NCBI GenBank assembly: GCA_031426555.1
Contig: JANPLN010000028.1
Span: 1-33,249 of the forward strand
Reading direction: 5' to 3'
Source of the DNA: Bdellovibrionales bacterium
GTDB taxonomy: Bacteria > Bdellovibrionota > Bdellovibrionia > Bdellovibrionales > JAGQZY01
DNA: 33,249 nucleotides
Of the stretch, positions 8,792 through 16,266 are shown piece after piece. The notes under the pieces are model-generated. The model was not told the DNA's origin. It did no database searches and saw only the letters and a list, made by a program, of their open reading frames with translations. Each line of letters begins with the position of its first letter. Within the stretch, counting starts at the first letter, position 1. Made by a program: the position numbers and the translations under genes.

Positions 8792-9442
8792 ATGCTAACT
8801 CCTGATAAGATAATTGACGTTATCACTTTCTATATACCGTTTTTGTTTGCGCTTTGTTTTCACGAGTATGCCCACGGGTGGACGGCTCAAAAGCTGGGAG
8901 ACAACACAGCCAAGGTGATGGGGCGACTCACTCTCAACCCCATGGCACATATCGACTGGGTGGGTACGGTCCTACTTCCAATTATGGCTATTTTGATGCC
9001 GGGATTGCCGCTCTTTGGTTGGGCCAAGCCAGTGCCGGTGAATTCGCGAAATTTGCAAAACCCGCGCAAAGATATGTTTTGGGTGGCTCTTGCGGGGCCG
9101 CTTTCAAACGTTTTATTGTTTTTAGTTGGATTGGTATTTTTAGCGTTTATCGCCAAACAGAATAATTTTGTTCCCTCGCTTCAGTTGCAAAAGATGGTGT
9201 ACACATTTTTAGCATTGAACCTTTATCTGGCGGTTTTTAATCTACTTCCCATTCACCCGCTGGATGGCGGGAAGGTGCTAGCGAGATTTCTGCCGCTCAA
9301 ATGGGATCTTTGGTTGGAGAGCAAGCAAGACATCCTGCAATGGGCTTTGCTGCTTTTAGTCATTTTTGGTGGCCTCAGCATATTGGCATTGCCTGTGAAC
9401 TGGATTCTGGGTGAAGCTGTTGGTTTGGTGGAGCGCCTATGA
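8792..9442 (+). CDS. site-2 protease family (M50) zinc metalloprotease
   Basis: HEYAH, GRLTLNP, GWAKPVPVN, AGPLSN and FNLLPIHPLDGG motifs. Confidence 0.93.
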   Translation: MLTPDKIIDVITFYIPFLFALCFHEYAHGWTAQKLGDNTAKVMGRLTLNPMAHIDWVGTVLLPIMAILMPGLPLFGWAKPVPVNSRNLQNPRKDMFWVALAGPLSNVLLFLVGLVFLAFIAKQNNFVPSLQLQKMVYTFLALNLYLAVFNLLPIHPLDGGKVLARFLPLKWDLWLESKQDILQWALLLLVIFGGLSILALPVNWILGEAVGLVERL

Positions 9443-10392
9443 GCATAGAAGTTCATTTACCCCATTTTGAAGGTCCTCTTCCGCTTCTTCTTTATCTGAT
9501 CAGAAAAGAAGAAATGGATATCTTTGATATTAACATTTATCAAATCACGACCCAGTACATGGAATACATTCGCCGGATGAAAGAGTTGGATTTAGAAACC
9601 GCGGGTGATTTTGTCGCCATGGCGGCCACTCTGATTCAGATCAAATCCCAGATGTTGCTCCCGCAGTACAATGAAAACGGCGAGTTGCTCGAAATTGAAG
9701 ATCCGCGCAAAGAGCTCGTTAGCCGCCTTTTGGAATATCAACGATTTCAAGACGCCGCTAAACAGCTTTATGCAAAACCTCTTCTTGGTCGCGATCAATG
9801 GATTCGTGGGGTGCGCGAGGAGCTTCCGCAGGACGAGCATGAGTCAGACATCGTTATCGAAGACGGTGGCTTGTTTGCGCTGATTTCCCATTATCGACGC
9901 GCGATTCGCAATATCAAAAAAACCGTTCACCGCGTGGCTTTGAAGGCCAAGTCCGTGGCCTCGCAAATTATGCTGATCAAAGATCGTTTGATCGTAGGCC
10001 AGCAGGTGATTTTGAAAGATCTTATCAACAAGGCCGAAGATTTTCGCAGTGAAACCTTAATTACGTTTTTATCGGCTCTTGAACTTGGAAAAATGGGTTT
10101 AGTCACTGTGTTTCAGGCGGAAGTGTATGGCGATATTTATTTAACAGCCAAGCGCACCATCGACGCCAGCATGTTGGAACGGGTGCAAGAGTACAACTCG
10201 TTGGATGCCGAGCAAGTGGCTGATCAGATTTTTGAACAGGCGCAGGAAGATGCGTCTTTAGAAGTGCCGGTGGTCCGTTTGGATGTCGAAGACAGTGAAC
10301 AGGACGTTGTGATACCAACAAGTTCTGCCACCGACGACGAAATTTTGCAGGCGGAGCACGAATTGAATATTGAGAGGGATGCCGATGTTTGA
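9439..10392 (+). CDS. scpA: segregation/condensation protein A (kleisin)
   Basis: FEGPLPLLLYLI, MAATLIQIKS.MLLP, EDPRKELV.RLLEY and TFLSALEL motifs; ATGA overlap with the upstream gene. Confidence 0.95.
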   Translation: MSIEVHLPHFEGPLPLLLYLIRKEEMDIFDINIYQITTQYMEYIRRMKELDLETAGDFVAMAATLIQIKSQMLLPQYNENGELLEIEDPRKELVSRLLEYQRFQDAAKQLYAKPLLGRDQWIRGVREELPQDEHESDIVIEDGGLFALISHYRRAIRNIKKTVHRVALKAKSVASQIMLIKDRLIVGQQVILKDLINKAEDFRSETLITFLSALELGKMGLVTVFQAEVYGDIYLTAKRTIDASMLERVQEYNSLDAEQVADQIFEQAQEDASLEVPVVRLDVEDSEQDVVIPTSSATDDEILQAEHELNIERDADV

Positions 10393-11584
10393 TAACGAAC
10401 CAGAAGAGCAACGTAATCGAATGGAAGAAGCCATTGTCGGAATCAACGCGGAAGAAACTGCAATAGAGATTGCAGAAGAGACTTCAGAAATTCCTCTCGA
10501 GCTGCAATCGATGGAAGTTCCGCCAGGAGAACACGCCGACGAACAGGTCTTTGTGGATTCGCTTCAGCTGTTTTCAATTTTGGAAAGTTTATTTTTTGCC
10601 TCCGATAAAGCCGTTAGTTTTGCCACGTTGAAAATGGTTTTTCAAAACACCAACATCGATAATAAAATGTTAAAGCGCGCCATCGAAGAAATGCAAAGTA
10701 TCTACGCCGACCCCTCTCGTGGTGTGACGCTTGAAGAAGTGACGGGTGGATGGCAGCTGCGCACTAAACTCGACAATATGGATTTTTTAAAAAAAATCAG
10801 CAAGGCGCGTCCATTTCGTTTAAGCGGACCCGCCTTAGAAGTGCTTTCGATCATTGCGTACAAACAGCCGATTATTAAAAACGAAGTGGATCAAATCCGC
10901 GGAGTGGAATCGGGCCATTTAGTGCGCGCGCTGATGGAAAAGGGATTGGTGAGCTTCGAGGGAAAAACCGATCTTCCTGGGAAGCCCATGGCTTATTCCA
11001 CCACTCGCAAGTTTTTAGAAATTTTTGGTCTGCGCAATCTGCACGAGCTACCCTCGCTTTCCGAAATCGATCAGCTTTTGCCAGAGGGCATCGGCGAAGA
11101 AGAAGAAAAAGAAACCCTCAGCGACGTGACGTCGAACATGTCCACATCGTTCACGGCCACCTCGTATTCCGAGGGGGAAGAAGAGCTGGGTCTGATTACC
11201 GAGCGACTCAACTCCATTGATACCTCTTCAGAATTTTTTGAGCAGGAGAAAGTCCGCCAAAAAGAAAAACGCGAACGCGAAAAAGCCGAAGACATCCGCG
11301 AAGCCATGGCAGTTGGCGAACTTGTCGAAAACAAAGATATGAAGTGGCTGGAGCGTTACGAGGCGCAACTGGCACTGAAGCAACAGGCGGCAGAAGCGGC
11401 ACAAACGGCAGCTAATGTTCAAGCGACCAGCGGAGATGGGACGACGTCGGAGTCGACAGGTGCAGGCACCGGGACAGCTGAAGCAAGCTCTGGAATTTTG
11501 GCAGTCAACAGAGATGCAGAAAACGAAAGCTCCTCAGATGCTGAGGAGCTTGCAGCTCAAGACGAGAGTTCAGACGAGTTCTAA
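10385..11584 (+). CDS. scpB: segregation/condensation protein B with long acidic N- and C-terminal extensions
   Basis: LESLFFAS, GGWQLRT, LSGPALEVLSIIAYKQPI, IRGVES and YSTTRKFLEIFGL..L.ELP motifs. Confidence 0.95.
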   Translation: MFDNEPEEQRNRMEEAIVGINAEETAIEIAEETSEIPLELQSMEVPPGEHADEQVFVDSLQLFSILESLFFASDKAVSFATLKMVFQNTNIDNKMLKRAIEEMQSIYADPSRGVTLEEVTGGWQLRTKLDNMDFLKKISKARPFRLSGPALEVLSIIAYKQPIIKNEVDQIRGVESGHLVRALMEKGLVSFEGKTDLPGKPMAYSTTRKFLEIFGLRNLHELPSLSEIDQLLPEGIGEEEEKETLSDVTSNMSTSFTATSYSEGEEELGLITERLNSIDTSSEFFEQEKVRQKEKREREKAEDIREAMAVGELVENKDMKWLERYEAQLALKQQAAEAAQTAANVQATSGDGTTSESTGAGTGTAEASSGILAVNRDAENESSSDAEELAAQDESSDEF

Positions 11585-11622
11585 GTGCCCGGGCAAAATA
11601 TTTGCCAGGCTAGCATTCCTAA

Positions 11623-12282
11623 CTATTGAGCTTTATCCATGAGGCGCTGAATATCAACATCGCTAAACAGGAGGACTTGCGGCGTTCCGTTTTTGCAATA
11701 GCCACGATTCTCCACTGATTTCACGGTTAGTTTTTTGCCAACGATCTCTTCGCAGGCATGCTCACTCATACACGCTGTTTTAGGTGTTGAATTGCTCTCT
11801 ACGATTTTATCGTCGACCACTGCAACGTGGGTGGATTTTCCAGGGCCCGCAAGAATACACACAAAGCGTGCGTTACCATCTCCGCGATTTTTACAGGAAA
11901 TACGTTTTTTGGATTCGTCTTTCTTGACGTATTTATCGGTCTTTTTATCAGAGATGTCTTTGTCATCATCGTCGTCACCACTGCTACCGTATTTTTTCGG
12001 CTCTTCTTTCGCGGAATCTTTATCGTCGTCATCGTCGCTGTCGTCGTATTTTTTAGGTTCGTCCGTGGCGACGTCTCTATGACCATCTTTGTCTTTGTCG
12101 TCATCGAGCCTATCGTCAACGTCGTCTTTGATGACATCGGGAATTTCTTCCTCAACCAATTGATCGGATTCAACCGACAACGGCTTGTTCATATCTGCGC
12201 GTGAAGAAAACGATTGATCGGAGCAGTTTTGAAAAACAACTGCAATCCCCACTAAGCTAATCATTACTAAATATTTATTCAT
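11623..12282 (-). CDS. lipoprotein with Asp/Lys-rich repeats and Cys-rich C-terminal domain
   Basis: ATG12282 with SD GGGGGAG; signal peptide ending VVFQNC; EPKKY...DDDDDKD present twice. Confidence 0.8.
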   Translation of the reverse strand: MNKYLVMISLVGIAVVFQNCSDQSFSSRADMNKPLSVESDQLVEEEIPDVIKDDVDDRLDDDKDKDGHRDVATDEPKKYDDSDDDDDKDSAKEEPKKYGSSGDDDDDKDISDKKTDKYVKKDESKKRISCKNRGDGNARFVCILAGPGKSTHVAVVDDKIVESNSTPKTACMSEHACEEIVGKKLTVKSVENRGYCKNGTPQVLLFSDVDIQRLMDKAQ

Positions 12283-12304
12283 AACTCCCCCTTGAGCTAT
12301 ATTC

Positions 12305-12332
12305 TCTTCGGCAGGCCACATACTGGACTAAA
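12305..12332 (-). promoter_or_regulatory. putative sigma28/FliA promoter TTAG-N15-GCCGAAGA
   Basis: Resembles TAAA-N15-GCCGATAA; 22 nt upstream of the lipoprotein ATG. Confidence 0.45.
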
Positions 12333-12439
12333 GGGGAGGGCGTTCGGTTTTGAAGCAAAAGTTGCAAAACTTTTGGCTTTTGTGAAAAATAGATTTCCAC
12401 TTTGAGATGATTTCCGAGGCGAATCATCTCAAAGTGAGC

Positions 12440-13663
12440 TTACTGGGCTGGAGCTGTGGCAGGAGCTGCTTGCTGTCGGCCACCGAAGGTTCGATTGATC
12501 CAACGACCCAGTCCCGTGTCGCGGAACGGTTTTCGCGGTGGGACGGGAGAGAGGGGAGGCGCCTCTGCACTGTTTGTTGCGCCTGCGGCGGTGGGGCCTG
12601 CCGTGGTTGGAGTTCCGCCACGGGCCACGACGGCTTCGTTGTAGAGTTGCTCATTGCATTGATAACTCACTTCGTTTTTGCGAGCCTGCGAGAGAGCTCC
12701 GTAGGCTTGCGTGTATGCTGCACTGCTTGCATGGGGATCTGCGCCGATTTTGCTGCCAATGCATTCTGCTTTTCTTTGATTAAAAATGGTTCTATCTGCT
12801 TCACATTTTGCGAGTTCAGCCTTACGCGAAGTCTCTGGTCGAGAGTCTGTGACTTGAACGTTAAAATTTCGACGCTGTTGAGCAACGGCGTATTGTTTAG
12901 GATCTTGGCAATGGCCTGGGCGCGCCGAATTCGAACAATCGGGAGCGGATGTGTAGTCTACGCACCGTCTTCGATTCTCAAAACGCAAACAGCGCGGAAC
13001 TTGAATCACGGAGGTATCCTGCCGGCTTGTACGGGCTGACTGCAAAGTAACTTCTCTTTCAATACATACTCGTTCTGTTTCGTACCGATCACACGCCGCG
13101 ATTTCGTCAAAAAGTGTACGTGCATCCCATGGATAGAGGCGCACACAACCGCCGGAGCCTGTGCCGATTTGGTCGGGAAGTTTTGGCCCTAAAGCTTGTG
13201 AAGCCTCTTGAGTTCCAGCGGCATGGATGGCAACGCCGCCACTAAAAAAAATACTGTGCCGCATGAGCGCACCGTCTTCGTAACGCCCAGTTTCTGGATT
13301 GCGAGTGAGCCACGTGTTGGAGTAATGCTCCTCGCGCAAAGTTTGTGCACGGTAAGGGTCCCCCGGTTTGGAGAGTGGAGTCGTAGAGCAGCTTGGATTC
13401 ATATTGAAGTTTGTCGGGATGTCAAAAGTGCCGCGCCCCGAGGAAATGGGAAACGTGTAAACAAGATTTCCACCGCGATACACCGTCATTTTTTGCACAG
13501 CAGGGTTGATGTCCATGACCACGCGAATGTCAGACGTGTCGTTAGCTGCAGGGGTTTCTTCCGCGCCGGTGACTTCGGAGGCGATCCCCCGCTGGGTAGA
13601 GTTGGAAGAACTACAGGCCGTGAAGCCCACAAGACAAACTAGGATAAAAAATTTAATAGGCAT
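12440..13663 (-). CDS. L,D-transpeptidase (YkuD family) lipoprotein with Cys-rich C-terminal extension
   Basis: Lipobox FTAC; Q.MTVY..G.LVYTFPISSG; M.HSIFFSGGVAIH...GSGGCVRL; SD GGGGGA. Confidence 0.85.
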   Translation of the reverse strand: MPIKFFILVCLVGFTACSSSNSTQRGIASEVTGAEETPAANDTSDIRVVMDINPAVQKMTVYRGGNLVYTFPISSGRGTFDIPTNFNMNPSCSTTPLSKPGDPYRAQTLREEHYSNTWLTRNPETGRYEDGALMRHSIFFSGGVAIHAAGTQEASQALGPKLPDQIGTGSGGCVRLYPWDARTLFDEIAACDRYETERVCIEREVTLQSARTSRQDTSVIQVPRCLRFENRRRCVDYTSAPDCSNSARPGHCQDPKQYAVAQQRRNFNVQVTDSRPETSRKAELAKCEADRTIFNQRKAECIGSKIGADPHASSAAYTQAYGALSQARKNEVSYQCNEQLYNEAVVARGGTPTTAGPTAAGATNSAEAPPLSPVPPRKPFRDTGLGRWINRTFGGRQQAAPATAPAQ

Positions 13664-13733
13664 GAATCCCCCTACAGCAAAATCATAACTTATGTTTGAG
13701 ATGCAAAAAAGTTAAAAATGCGAGTTTTCGGGA

Positions 13734-13824
13734 GTTCTGTCCTCGAAGCGAGGTGGTTTTTGCGTGTTCTATCCTCGAAGCGAGGTGGTTTTTGCGTGTT
13801 CTGTCCTCGAAGCGAGGTGGTTTT
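13734..13824. repeat. 3x 32-bp tandem repeat containing the hairpin CCTCG-AAG-CGAGG (REP-like)
   Basis: Unit GTTCTRTCCTCGAAGCGAGGTGGTTTTTGCGT; hairpins start at 13741, 13773 and 13805; third unit truncated. Confidence 0.9.
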
Positions 13825-14142
13825 GATGGTCTCGGGGCGAGCTGTGTTTTAGGTCTTGAGGAAGGATTAGCGCTTTTGGATGACTTAAGTGCGAGTTGAG
13901 AAGCGACGTCAGGGGCAGTGATATACCTATTGAACCTTTTGGCCGGCTCCGCCTCTCACCTCGACCAATGTCGATGAAGCCACCATTCTGGGTTAAGTTC
14001 AAGCAGCGCCACATGCACCAAGCCGCGCAAACTACCTGCGTCGAGTCCCATCAAAGAACAAATCTTTTAAAACCAAACAAAACCCTTATTTTGCAATTGG
14101 CTACACCTTGTATTTATACCTTCGTTCACGTAAGTACTTTGT

Positions 14143-14727
14143 ATGAACTCCCAACGTGCGCAGCAGACCGACTTATTCCCAAAGCGCTCAAAATCCTATG
14201 GTGGCATTCTGCTGAACAAAAGAAAGAATCGCACCTACGCTCGCCCCATTTCCACATCGAAAACCATGCATTTGGTTCTCCGATCCTCCAAAGCGATCGA
14301 AGAGAAATCCTTTAAATCTCCTAAAAACAAAAAACTCATTCAAGAAATCTTGGTAAAGTTTTCTGTCAAATACGGCGTGCAAATCATTTCGCTGGCTAAT
14401 GTGGGCACGCACTTGCATCTGCATTTCAAGATCGCAAAACGTACAGGGTATTTGCGCTTTATCAGAGCGGTTACGGCTGCCATCGCCATGGGCGTGTCAG
14501 GTCGAAATCGCTGGACGTTAGGGAAGCGGGATGCCGAAGACGCCAAACCTGGGACCGTAAAAAGAGAAAAGTTTTGGGACTATCGGCCGTTTACGCGAAT
14601 CATCGAAGGCTTTAAAGCTCTGCTGAACATGCGCGATTACATCCAAATCAATCAACTCGAAGGTTTAGGAGTGCCGCGTTTACAAGCACGGATCATGCTG
14701 GCGAATATTCGACCTGATAGGTGTTAA
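14143..14727 (+). CDS. HUH (Y1) transposase, REP-associated tyrosine transposase (RAYT)-like
   Basis: MHLVLRS, NVGTHLHL (H90-L-H92), FWDYRPFTRII and DYIQIN (Y166); 194 aa; no tnpB; adjacent hairpin repeats. Confidence 0.8.
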   Translation: MNSQRAQQTDLFPKRSKSYGGILLNKRKNRTYARPISTSKTMHLVLRSSKAIEEKSFKSPKNKKLIQEILVKFSVKYGVQIISLANVGTHLHLHFKIAKRTGYLRFIRAVTAAIAMGVSGRNRWTLGKRDAEDAKPGTVKREKFWDYRPFTRIIEGFKALLNMRDYIQINQLEGLGVPRLQARIMLANIRPDRC

Positions 14728-14793
14728 GATCATCATCCATAATTAGTTCAGATATCAGGGCCAGTATAAATTGCACTTCATGGCCAGCGAAAC

Positions 14794-14958
14794 TTAAGTA
14801 ACAATCTCTTGTTTGCGTTCGGTGTCGGGGTTGGTTGGAGATTCTAACGGGAATTCATTAGGTTGTTGCGGATCGATCTCTGGTACCTCGTTGGGTGCAG
14901 GATCATTTTCGGGTTGGACGGGTGTTTCGGGTTCTTTTATTGGTGGTTTGTTGCTCAT
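14794..14958 (-). CDS. small Pro/Glu-rich hypothetical protein (54 aa)
   Basis: MSNKPPIKEPETPVQPENDPAPNEVPEIDPQQPNEFP...; TATGGT hexamer 6 nt upstream of the ATG. Confidence 0.55.
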   Translation of the reverse strand: MSNKPPIKEPETPVQPENDPAPNEVPEIDPQQPNEFPLESPTNPDTERKQEIVT

Positions 14959-15044
14959 GGAACAACCATACACCACATCTGCGCATTTTTAATTTAAGTT
15001 TTCTTCACACGCGTATTGTGCAAAAATACACAAAAAGGAAAAGC

Positions 15045-15521
15045 ATGCGCATAGGCCCATTTAGCAGTTTTCACGTTGATCAAGTAGAAGAATTGCTCCA
15101 GCAGAAAAATATTGAATACTCACTTTTTCAAGATCCAGAAGCTGTAGAAAAAATTCGCGATTTGGAGGTTGAAAGAGCACCTACACAAAACTCTGTGTAT
15201 CAGAGCACCGGTGATTACATTTACGTGGATCTTACAGACGATGATGCCAAATCTCTGCGTTCTGAACTTGAAAATTTAGGGGTCGTTTTTGTTGATGAAC
15301 ACATAGCTCACGATTTAGACGCCGAAGAGTACTATTGTTTGTCCTGTGATTACACAGCAGACTCTCCTGGCTTTTGTAGGCAACACCAAACGCGACTTGT
15401 CGATTTTACTCAGTGGGTGGCAAAAACGTCAAAATCGTCTTCAAAAAACGAACTGGCTTTCACCGTGGCCTCAGTTCTGGCTTTTTGCGCGCTGGCCCTT
15501 TGGTATTTTCGTGCTAAGTAA
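15045..15521 (+). CDS. hypothetical membrane-anchored protein with CxxC-x9-CxxH metal/zinc-ribbon motif
   Basis: ATG15045 with SD AAGGA; YYCLSCDYTADSPGFCRQH; C-terminal TM helix. Confidence 0.7.
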   Translation: MRIGPFSSFHVDQVEELLQQKNIEYSLFQDPEAVEKIRDLEVERAPTQNSVYQSTGDYIYVDLTDDDAKSLRSELENLGVVFVDEHIAHDLDAEEYYCLSCDYTADSPGFCRQHQTRLVDFTQWVAKTSKSSSKNELAFTVASVLAFCALALWYFRAK

Positions 15522-16266
15522 AATTTCCAGCGAAATATCACCTGAAATGCTGATTCGCATGGGATTTTTTGTCGGGGTGTTGGGCTTAGTTTCTAGTTGG
15601 GAGTTACTGAAGCCTCGTCGAAAATTAACGCAAAAAAAGTTAGCGCGGTGGCTACCAAATTTAGGCGTTGTCACATTCAATACAGTCCTACTGCGGTTTA
15701 TTTTTCCAATGTCCGCCGTTGGTTTTGCGCTCACTGCTCGTGAAAACAACTGGGGCATCTTCAACCAACTCCGTGTGCCATTACCTTGGGTTCTCTTGAT
15801 TTCACTCATCTTGCTAGACCTGACGATTTATCTGCAGCACGTCTCGTTTCATTTGCTTCCCGTGTTTTGGCACTTTCATAAAATGCATCATGCAGACCTG
15901 GACATCGATGTGACAACAGGGGTGCGATTTCATCCCGTCGAAATTTTAATTTCCATGGGCTTCAAGTTCGCAATAATCGCTCTGCTAGGAATTCCTACGT
16001 TAGCGGTTTTAATATTCGAAGTGGTTTTAAATGCCATGTCGATGTTCACTCACGCAAATATTTATATGAAGCCCCTCGTAGATCGGTATCTTCGGTGGAT
16101 GTTTGTTACACCCGATATGCATCGCATTCATCACTCGGTTTTTTCCGAAGAAACTAACAGTAATTATGGATTTCACCTTTCGTTGTGGGACCGACTGTTT
16201 AAAACCTACAAAGAGCAACCCAAAGACGGTCACCTCAACATGGTCGTGGGATGGAGAGAATTATGA
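15511..16266 (+). CDS. sterol desaturase / fatty acid hydroxylase family protein
   Basis: His boxes QHVSFH, HKMHH, RFHPVE, FTHAN and HRIHHS plus SNYG..LS.WDRLFKTY. Start uncertain (GTG15511 or ATG15547). Confidence 0.9.
   Translation: MLSKISSEISPEMLIRMGFFVGVLGLVSSWELLKPRRKLTQKKLARWLPNLGVVTFNTVLLRFIFPMSAVGFALTARENNWGIFNQLRVPLPWVLLISLILLDLTIYLQHVSFHLLPVFWHFHKMHHADLDIDVTTGVRFHPVEILISMGFKFAIIALLGIPTLAVLIFEVVLNAMSMFTHANIYMKPLVDRYLRWMFVTPDMHRIHHSVFSEETNSNYGFHLSLWDRLFKTYKEQPKDGHLNMVVGWREL

Noticed and set aside
12356..12375. Terminator between the LDT and lipoprotein genes (CAAAAGTT-gcaa-AACTTTTG)
   Set aside because: AT-rich stem with no U-tract on the transcribed (minus) strand.
13734..13824. 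CRISPR array (32-bp palindromic repeats)
   Set aside because: The units are head-to-tail with no unique spacers, and there are no cas genes in the window.
14121..14136. Possible LexA/SOS box before the transposase
   Set aside because: Only a GTAAGT half-site-like match with no dyad symmetry.
13696..14315. ORFs 13696-13899, 13769-14014 and 13896-14315
   Set aside because: They run through the repeat region or overlap the transposase, with no SD or protein-like features.
14143..14727. Complete IS200/IS605 insertion sequence
   Set aside because: No tnpB, and no matching subterminal hairpin was found downstream; element ends could not be defined.
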